From Eubacteriales bacterium (GTDB taxonomy: Bacteria; Bacillota; Clostridia; Oscillospirales; CAG-272), in contig JAZQDD010000023.1 of the NCBI GenBank assembly GCA_045546615.1, positions 40,296 to 104,295 of the forward strand: DNA of 64,000 bases, read 5' to 3'. Both the position numbers and the translations under genes were made by a program. The notes below the pieces were generated by a model. That model saw nothing but the letters and a program-made list of their open reading frames with translations, searched no databases and had not been told where the DNA came from. Positions 56,962 through 64,000 of this stretch are shown piece after piece. The stretch's first letter is position 1. Every line of letters begins with the position of its first letter.

Positions 56962-58017
56962 TCAAAGAGCTGCAAGGCGCTCCTTGATAGCTTTGTAACG
57001 GCGATCGTCCTTTATTGAAGCAAATACGCCGTCATTATTGTTGAGATATCGCAAATAAGAGTGAGCAAGCGTTTCCGCGCTGCTTCTTGAAACGTTCCTC
57101 TGCCCGATCTTTATCCTATTGACGAGCAAGGACGAATGCTCGATTTCTGTGAAATTATTGGCTTTTTCGCAGTATTGCACCACATTTTCAAGCTCGGATA
57201 TCGCTCTTTCAAATTCTCCCGCCCTGCCGCTTTCAAGCGCCATAAAAAAGCTTATCCTTGCCAGACGGTCATTGAAAAATCCGAAATCACCGTCTGCAAA
57301 AACTATGTGGAACATATCGTAAAGCGAGCGCAACATCGTGTGCTTTTCCTCATGAGTGTATCCCGCTTCCTTGCAATCAAGCAGATATTTCATATAGAGA
57401 TACGCGCGGTCGCAGAGCTTCCAAAAATAATTCTGACAATGCTCTGCAAGCTCATCTCCTTCAAGCACGTGCAAATAGAGATCTTCCGCGGGCGGCATCA
57501 TATCCGCATACTGTAATGCTTTGCTTCTATCGCCCTTATGCAAATAGGTAAAGCATAGACCGCGAATAGCCCCCATCTTATACTCCATATTTGTAGATTC
57601 CATAAGCTGTTCGCCCAGCATAACTATCTCGTCAAAGCCTTCATCGATATATCCGTTTTGCAATACTCTCATTAGGTAATAACGCACGGTCTCATCGTTC
57701 GGATATTTTTTCTGCATGGCGCGGGAGAGCGCAAGTCTCTCCGCGGTCTTTCCTTGGCTGTGAAGCTCTGCGTACTTGTCTGTAAATTCTTTGATCTCGG
57801 CTTGTTTTTTGCTTCTTGAAATGTCGATTTCAAGAAGCACGTCCGCGCTGACTTCAAAAACGTTTGCAAGAAGCGGCAGATTTGAAATATCGGGGGCGGT
57901 CTTGTCGCACTCCCATTGAGAAACGGCGTTTATAGAAACGCCAAGCAATTCCGCGAGCTGTTCTTGCGTGATATTCCTCTCGCGGCGAAGTTTTTTGATA
58001 GTAGTTCCGATAGACAT
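56962..58017 (-). CDS. XRE-family HTH regulator with TPR-like C-terminus
   Basis: ITQEQLAELLGVSINAVSQWE..PDI plus long helical region. Confidence 0.85.
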   Translation of the reverse strand: MSIGTTIKKLRRERNITQEQLAELLGVSINAVSQWECDKTAPDISNLPLLANVFEVSADVLLEIDISRSKKQAEIKEFTDKYAELHSQGKTAERLALSRAMQKKYPNDETVRYYLMRVLQNGYIDEGFDEIVMLGEQLMESTNMEYKMGAIRGLCFTYLHKGDRSKALQYADMMPPAEDLYLHVLEGDELAEHCQNYFWKLCDRAYLYMKYLLDCKEAGYTHEEKHTMLRSLYDMFHIVFADGDFGFFNDRLARISFFMALESGRAGEFERAISELENVVQYCEKANNFTEIEHSSLLVNRIKIGQRNVSRSSAETLAHSYLRYLNNNDGVFASIKDDRRYKAIKERLAAL

Positions 58018-58220
58018 ATTTTTTCTCCTTTACGGTAATTCAAAAGCGCTTTTGTACCTTAATTATACACGGCTTTTTGCAAATTTTACACCAAGCATTT
58101 TACAAGCGCAGTTCAATTTTCGCTTTAATTTTTACAGTAATAGTTTAATGCAAAGGCTCTTGCTAAATAACTGCAAGTGCCTTTTAAAATTTAAAATATA
58201 TTAACGGAGATAGAATAAAA

Positions 58221-58542
58221 AGTTTGGTGCGAACATAGGGCGCAAAAATACTGCGGTATTTTTGCGAGATCCACTTGTCGCGTCGCAGAACAATGCGCCG
58301 CGCCTGCGGGATGACGCAGGTGTGTGCGCTATCCTCGCTCTATTTGAAGCGTCTGCGACGGTGCTAAAAAGCAAAAAGTTACTATGAAAAACGATAAAAT
58401 TTGTTATTACCCGATTATTAAGGAAACGAGATCGGCGCACATTCTCGCGTCATTCCGAAGCCATTACGAGCTGCTTCGAGTAATGGCGAGCGAATCTCGC
58501 CGTTTTTCCGCAGAAAAACGGCGCCCTATGTTAGCACTAACT
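58221..58542. repeat. Nested inverted-repeat (REP-doublet-like) element
   Basis: GTGCGAACATAGGGCGC/GCGCCCTATGTTAGCAC; GCGAGATCC/GAATCTCGC; GGGATGACGC/GCGTCATTCC. Confidence 0.7.
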
Positions 58543-58609
58543 GCTTTGCAAAACGATAAAAGCCAAAGCACACGGCTATGTATTTATTCGCAGATAACGC
58601 ATATATAAT

Positions 58610-58629
58610 GCTCCCTCTCGGAGGGAGCC
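58610..58629. repeat. Solo REP-like palindrome
   Basis: GCTCCCTCTCGGAGGGAGCC; same family as 24339-24480. Confidence 0.65.
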
Positions 58630-58719
58630 TTTTCGTGTGCTCCGAAAGTGATTATACCGCCACATACTGTTTGCACAGTAGCAAGCAAAGCCCCGCGCAA
58701 GGCGGGGCGAAAATAACTT

Positions 58720-59148
58720 TTATTCTACATTATTTGTGTTTTTTTCACCAAGCTTTTGATTGATCAATTTCAAATTATGTTCTACGATCTTATCTGCAAC
58801 GTAACATGAAAAGACCATAGCAATAATAACCCCCAATGATACTATACCATAGACGGTCAAACTGTCAAATTCAAAGCGAAGAGTGCCGACAGCATATCCA
58901 ACTGCATACAAGGTAAATATGTCAAAGGCCATAATGATTGCACGTCTTATCCAAATTCGTTTGGAGAAGAGTTTAAGCCGCATTGTAAAAAAGGAAAATA
59001 AATGCGTGGGAATAATAACATATACCATATGATAAAGATGATTAATTCTAATGCTTTCGGGGAAAACAAGTGAGAATATTATGAAAATGATTGCTGCAAG
59101 TCCCATCTGGTACACCAAAGAACTCCAATAATTTCTAAACATATTCAC
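58720..59148 (-). CDS. DUF3021-like membrane protein, LytTR partner
   Basis: Four TM helices; C-terminal INQKL; overlaps the LytTR gene stop. Confidence 0.7.
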   Translation of the reverse strand: MNMFRNYWSSLVYQMGLAAIIFIIFSLVFPESIRINHLYHMVYVIIPTHLFSFFTMRLKLFSKRIWIRRAIIMAFDIFTLYAVGYAVGTLRFEFDSLTVYGIVSLGVIIAMVFSCYVADKIVEHNLKLINQKLGEKNTNNVE

Positions 59149-59582
59149 ACCCCCAATTTTTTCTTGATCTGCGGCACGTACTGTCTTGAAACAACAAGCT
59201 TTTCTTTGTTTATAAGAGTTGCCACAAGACGGCTGTTTTCTGTTTTTTTGATACTCAACATTTTGTCTAAATTTGCGATAACGGTTTTGGATATTCGCGC
59301 GAACTGTAAGTTTTTCAATTCCTCTTCGATCTTATAGAGCTTCGCCGTGGCTTCATAGGTTTCGTTTTCCGTATAGAAAAATATATTACCGTCAACCGAT
59401 TCAAAATAAAATATCTCTTTTATCGGTATCAAAAATGTTTCTCCCTCTTTTTCCCCCGTTAAAGTCAATCCAACAGCTGATATCTTTGAAACGATATCAT
59501 GTATCTCGCTTGTCATTTTGGAGCAAACGATAGATATTTCGGTTTCATTTATATTTGGGTCTTCAATAATCGTAACCTTCAA
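59145..59582 (-). CDS. Stand-alone LytTR DNA-binding protein
   Basis: IFYFESVD, LYKIEEEL, FARISKTVIAN, VSRQY; TTG start after AAAGGAG. Confidence 0.9.
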   Translation of the reverse strand: MKVTIIEDPNINETEISIVCSKMTSEIHDIVSKISAVGLTLTGEKEGETFLIPIKEIFYFESVDGNIFFYTENETYEATAKLYKIEEELKNLQFARISKTVIANLDKMLSIKKTENSRLVATLINKEKLVVSRQYVPQIKKKLGV

Positions 59583-59708
59583 GAAAATCTCTCCTTTCCT
59601 CTGCTGTAGCTTCATTATACAAAGCTATAAAGAAAAAATCAAGCGACTTTTCCTTTCTTGCAAAATTACAATACCAAGATGCAGTTTAAGAGCTTTTATT
59701 GTAAAAAT

Positions 59709-59928
59709 GGGGCTGTCTCATTTAGCGCAGAACAAAAATACAAAAATAAGTAAAGAAAAAAGACCGTTTTTTCGTCCAAAAGGATGAAGAAAGCGGTCTT
59801 TTTAGGTAGAAATCCTCACGGATTTCGATTTTTATACGTATTTTTTAGCCGGGATTTTGCCCTCTGGCGTACCCTCGTACGCCGACGACGGCAAAATCGC
59901 GACTTCTGCATCTAACTGAGACAGCCCC
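59709..59928. mobile_element. ~220-bp MITE-like element with 12-bp perfect terminal inverted repeats
   Basis: GGGGCTGTCTCA...TGAGACAGCCCC. Confidence 0.82.
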
Positions 59929-59936
59929 TAATATTT

Positions 59937-61865
59937 TTATTCAAGCTCGAATGCGCCCGTGTAGAGCTTATAGTAAGTTCCGCGCTCGGCAATGAGCTTT
60001 TCGTGGTTGCCGCGCTCGATTATCCTGCCGTGGTCAAGCACCATTATAACGTCGGAGTTTCGCACGGTGGACAGACGGTGCGCGATAACGAACACGGTCC
60101 TGCCCTCCATCAGCTTATCCATTCCGCGCTGAACGATAGCCTCGGTGCGCGTATCGATAGATGACGTTGCCTCGTCAAGTATCATAACGGGCGGGTCGGC
60201 AACCGCGGCGCGCGCGATAGCGATGAGCTGGCGCTGTCCCTGCGAGAGATTTGCGCCGTTGTTTGCAAGCTCCGTATCGTAGCCGCCGGGGAGTCGGGTA
60301 ATAAAATCGTCAGCCCCCGCAAGGCGTGCCGCGGCGATGCATTCCTCGTCCGTAGCGTCAAGTCTGCCGTAGCGGATATTGTCCATTACCGTTCCCGTAA
60401 AGAGATTGGTCTCCTGCAAAACTATGCCGAGCGAGCGGCGCAGGTCAGCCTTCTTTATCTTATTTACGTTGATGCCGTCATAGCGTATCTTGCCGTCGGC
60501 AATATCGTAAAAGCGGTTGATAAGATTAGTTATCGTGGTCTTGCCCGCGCCCGTCGCGCCGACGAACGCCACCTTTTGCCCGGGCTCTGCGTAAACGCTG
60601 ACGTTGTGAAGCACCGTTTTGCCCTCGACGTAGGCAAAATCCACCTCGGTCAGGCGCACGTCACCGCGCAAAAGCGTGTAGGTCAGGCTTCCGTCTCCGT
60701 GGGGATGCTTCCAAGCCCACTTGCCCGTGCGCTTGGCGGTCTCGGTGATGTTACCCTCGGCATCGACCTCGGCATTAACGAGCGTAACGTAGCCTTCGTC
60801 ATCCTCGGGTGCTTGATCCATAAGGTCAAATATACGCCTTGCTCCCGCAATACCCATAACAATAGCGTTCATCTGCTGGGAGAGCGTGTTTACGTTGCCC
60901 GTAAACTGCTTTGTCATATTAAGGAAAGGCACTACTATGCCGAGCGTGAACACCGCCTGCCCCGTGAATATTCCGCGAAGCGAAAGATTGTACACTCCCG
61001 ATATCAGGAAAAGTCCGCCCACCGTTGCCATTACCGCGTAAATGATATTACCGATATTGCCGATGATGGGTCCCATGCAGTTGGCGTATGCGTGGGCGCG
61101 CGTGCTGTCCTCACAAAGCGCGCCGTTTATCTTGTCAAAATCCTCGATGGCTTCTTTTTCGTGGCAGAAGGACTTGATGACCTTCTGACCGTTCATCATT
61201 TCCTGCGCAAAGCCCTCTGCTCTGCCCATTGCCTGCTGTTGGCGGATAAAGTATTTTGCCGAGCCGCCGCCGACCTTTTTTACTACGAACACCATGGCAA
61301 CAACACCGCACAAAAGCACAAGTGTCATCCAGATGCTATTGTAGAGCATTATAAAAAATACGGTAGTAAGGATAGCCGTTGCCTGAATGAGCGATGGGAA
61401 AGCCTGCGATACGAGCTGACGGAGAGTATCAATGTCATTCGTATAATAGCTCATTATATCGCCGTGCTTGTTGCGGTCAAAATAGCTTATCGGCAGGCTT
61501 TGCATAGTGTCGAACATACTGCGGCGCATCTTGCAAAGGAAGCCCTGCGTCATATACGCCATAAGCTGTGTGTAGACCGTGATGGATATCATTGAAAGCA
61601 CGTAGAAGCACGCAAGCAATACGACCTTTGGGATTACCTCTCCCGACGCCGTCGCCCAATCCTTGGAGAGCTGGTATTTTTCAATTGCGTTTATCACCTG
61701 CTGTAAAAAGAGCGAGGGGATAGCGGAGGTCACGGCGGAGAACAGAATACAGAATACCGTTAGCGGAGCAAGTACGGGATAGTAGGAAAAGAGCAATTTA
61801 AGCACTCTTTTGAGAATGCCGAAATCCATCGGCGGGCGTCCGCCCTTTTTTGCGTTGTTATTCAT
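59937..61865 (-). CDS. ABC exporter, permease + ATPase (heterodimer subunit)
   Basis: GATGAGKT, LSQGQRQ, ILDEAT, IAHRL. Confidence 0.93.
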   Translation of the reverse strand: MNNNAKKGGRPPMDFGILKRVLKLLFSYYPVLAPLTVFCILFSAVTSAIPSLFLQQVINAIEKYQLSKDWATASGEVIPKVVLLACFYVLSMISITVYTQLMAYMTQGFLCKMRRSMFDTMQSLPISYFDRNKHGDIMSYYTNDIDTLRQLVSQAFPSLIQATAILTTVFFIMLYNSIWMTLVLLCGVVAMVFVVKKVGGGSAKYFIRQQQAMGRAEGFAQEMMNGQKVIKSFCHEKEAIEDFDKINGALCEDSTRAHAYANCMGPIIGNIGNIIYAVMATVGGLFLISGVYNLSLRGIFTGQAVFTLGIVVPFLNMTKQFTGNVNTLSQQMNAIVMGIAGARRIFDLMDQAPEDDEGYVTLVNAEVDAEGNITETAKRTGKWAWKHPHGDGSLTYTLLRGDVRLTEVDFAYVEGKTVLHNVSVYAEPGQKVAFVGATGAGKTTITNLINRFYDIADGKIRYDGINVNKIKKADLRRSLGIVLQETNLFTGTVMDNIRYGRLDATDEECIAAARLAGADDFITRLPGGYDTELANNGANLSQGQRQLIAIARAAVADPPVMILDEATSSIDTRTEAIVQRGMDKLMEGRTVFVIAHRLSTVRNSDVIMVLDHGRIIERGNHEKLIAERGTYYKLYTGAFELE

Positions 61866-63619
61866 TACGCCTCCTCCTTTCCGTCGGTGTCACTGCCCTT
61901 GACTTGCTGTTCGTATACCTCGCGGTAAATTTCCGAGGAAGCAAGAAGCTCGCTGTGAGTTCCCACGGCGGATATCGCGCCGTTTTCCATGACCACTATC
62001 ATATCCGCATCCTGCACCGAGGAGATGCGCTGTGCGATAATTATCTTCGTGGTGGCGGGGATATATTGCTTAAATCCCTCTCTGATAAGGGCATCGGTTC
62101 TTGTATCAACGGCGCTTGTGGAGTCGTCAAGAATGAGTATCTTCGGTTTTTTGAGAAGCGCGCGGGCAATACAAAGCCTTTGCTTTTGTCCGCCCGAAAC
62201 GTTAGTTCCGCCCTGCTCTATCTTCGTTTCGTAGCCTTCGGGGAACGCCGTCACGAAATCATGTGCCTGCGCAAGCTTGCACGCCTCGACAAGCTCTTCA
62301 TCGGTGGCATTGGGATTACCCCAGCGCAGATTTTGTGCGATAGTACCCGAAAACAGCAAGTTTTTCTGAAGCACCATTGAAACGGCACTGCGCAGAGATT
62401 CGATATCGTATTTTCTAACGTCAACACCGCCGACCTTAACAACACCCTCTGTGGTATCGTAAAGTCTCGGTATAAGCTGAACGAGAGTTGATTTGCTCGA
62501 ACCCGTACCGCCGATGATACCGACGGTCATGCCCGACTTAATGTGCAAGTCCATGCCCGACAGCGCGTTCTTTTTTGCCTTTTGCGAATACTTGAAGCTG
62601 ACTCCCTCAAAATCCACCGAGCCGTCAGCGATATCGAATATCGGGTTTTCGGGGTTTTCGAGTGCGCTCTGCTCGTCAAGCACCTGACAAATTCTCTTGA
62701 ACGACTCTGCCGACATGGTAAGGATGACGTATATCATCGACAGCATCATAAGGGACATGAGTATCTGCATACCGTAGGTAAGCATTGCGGATATCTGTCC
62801 CACGTCGATGGTCGCTCCGCCGCTGGTTATGGCAAGGCGCGAGCCGACAGTCAGAACGAATATCATATTGAAATACAGACAGAACTGCATTATCGGGGTA
62901 TTGAGCGCCACTATGCGCTCCGCGCGGGTGAAATCACCCATAATGTCCTCGGATGCCGCGCCGAACTTTTCTTTTTCGTAATTTTCGCGCGAAAATCCCT
63001 TTACAACGCGCATTCCGCGGACGTTTTCCTCGATAGCTTCATTAAGGCGGTCGTATTTCTTGAAAACACGGCGGAAAGCAGGCATCGCGTGCTTTGCGAC
63101 AAGCAAAAGTCCGCAGATAAGGACGGGAACGACAACTACGAAGGTGGTTGCAAGCGCTCCTCCCATGACGTATGCCATGACAATAGCGAAAAGGAACATA
63201 AGAGGCGCACGTATAGCCGTGCGTATTACCATCATGTACGACATCTGCGCGTTGCCGACGTCCGTGGTAAGACGTGTAACGAGGGATGCCGAGGAAAATT
63301 TGTCAATATTCTCAAATGAATAGGTCTGGATCTTTCTGAAAAGATCTCCGCGCAGGTTCTTTGCGAATCCCGCAGACGCTTTAGCGCAGGTGTATCCCGC
63401 TATCGCGCCGCACGCAAGGGAGCAGATTGCCATCAGTATTAAAAGTCCGCCCTGCAACATGACCGTGCTCATCTGTGCACCGTTCTTTATCTGATTAACA
63501 AGGTCGGCGGCAATAAACGGAATAAAAACCTCTATTATTACCTCGGCGATGATGAAGAACAGCGTAAGTATCGTGGGGCGTTTATATTCTCTGATACACC
63601 CCGCAAGTCTTTTTATCAT
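61865..63619 (-). CDS. ABC exporter, permease + ATPase (degenerate-site subunit)
   Basis: GGTGSSKS, VSGGQKQ, ILDD, IAQR. Confidence 0.93.
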   Translation of the reverse strand: MIKRLAGCIREYKRPTILTLFFIIAEVIIEVFIPFIAADLVNQIKNGAQMSTVMLQGGLLILMAICSLACGAIAGYTCAKASAGFAKNLRGDLFRKIQTYSFENIDKFSSASLVTRLTTDVGNAQMSYMMVIRTAIRAPLMFLFAIVMAYVMGGALATTFVVVVPVLICGLLLVAKHAMPAFRRVFKKYDRLNEAIEENVRGMRVVKGFSRENYEKEKFGAASEDIMGDFTRAERIVALNTPIMQFCLYFNMIFVLTVGSRLAITSGGATIDVGQISAMLTYGMQILMSLMMLSMIYVILTMSAESFKRICQVLDEQSALENPENPIFDIADGSVDFEGVSFKYSQKAKKNALSGMDLHIKSGMTVGIIGGTGSSKSTLVQLIPRLYDTTEGVVKVGGVDVRKYDIESLRSAVSMVLQKNLLFSGTIAQNLRWGNPNATDEELVEACKLAQAHDFVTAFPEGYETKIEQGGTNVSGGQKQRLCIARALLKKPKILILDDSTSAVDTRTDALIREGFKQYIPATTKIIIAQRISSVQDADMIVVMENGAISAVGTHSELLASSEIYREVYEQQVKGSDTDGKEEA

Positions 63620-63835
63620 TCTTTCTACCTTTCTTTTAGGATATCTATGCATTGTTAATTATACTAAAATATGGTATTTATGTCAATACCTAAATCTTTA
63701 CTAAAATAAACCTCTTGGCATAATATCTTTTAGAGAAAATATTGTAATTTATTAAATAAATCATTTATTTTTATGCTTGACATCGTAGTGCTTTTAATTT
63801 ATAATTAAATCACAGCTATCGCAAGGAGTAAATAT

Positions 63836-64000
63836 ATGGCAATTATAACCATCGTAGGCGCAGGAATGATGGGGTCAGCCCTCGCATTTCCCGCACGAGA
63901 GAATGGCAACGAGGTGCGCCTTGTAGGTACACACCTTGACAGAGAGATCATCTCGGAGTCACAAAAAACGGGCAAACACCCCAAATTTGACACGCCCTTC
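63836..64000 (+). CDS. NAD(P)H-dependent glycerol-3-phosphate dehydrogenase-like protein, truncated by the window edge
   Basis: Manual translation MAIITIVGAGMMGSALAFPARENGNEVRLVGTHLD; AAGGAG RBS. Confidence 0.7.
   Translation, partial: MAIITIVGAGMMGSALAFPARENGNEVRLVGTHLDREIISESQKTGKHPKFDTPF

Overview
Chromosomal window (both ends truncated) from an anaerobic, spore-forming Clostridia-type bacterium. The taxon is inferred from sigmaA promoters, SASP and SpoVAC genes, DnaD/DnaC, Rex and ECF S components. Most of it is housekeeping: guaA, nadE-mrnC-ppi, luxS-mtnN, feoAB, tyrS, ddl-cimA-prmC, tRNA-Trp, an fprA-dfx-bcp oxidative-stress operon, malQ, a complete F1Fo ATP synthase operon with a Na+-type c subunit, pyk, rimI-tsaD-rex-dnaD-dnaC and an ABC exporter pair. 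AT-richer accessory patches lie at about 0.6-5 kb, 24.3-25.5 kb, 29.8-32.8 kb and 57-60 kb. The most unusual signal is a set of short 'motif + mini-hairpin' inverted arrays in three sequence families (GTTATGA, GTGAAAT, ATGATG). Each of two paralogous four-helix-bundle (bAvd/IVP-like) genes has its own array family directly upstream. Two arrays in the tRNA-Trp island share a terminator-array-promoter-RBS-gene layout. Several other small non-coding repeats are present: a 220-bp MITE-like element, an 86-bp tRNA-linked repeat and REP-like elements. There is also an orphan DnaA-box cluster. No transposase, integrase, reverse transcriptase or cas gene is visible in the window.
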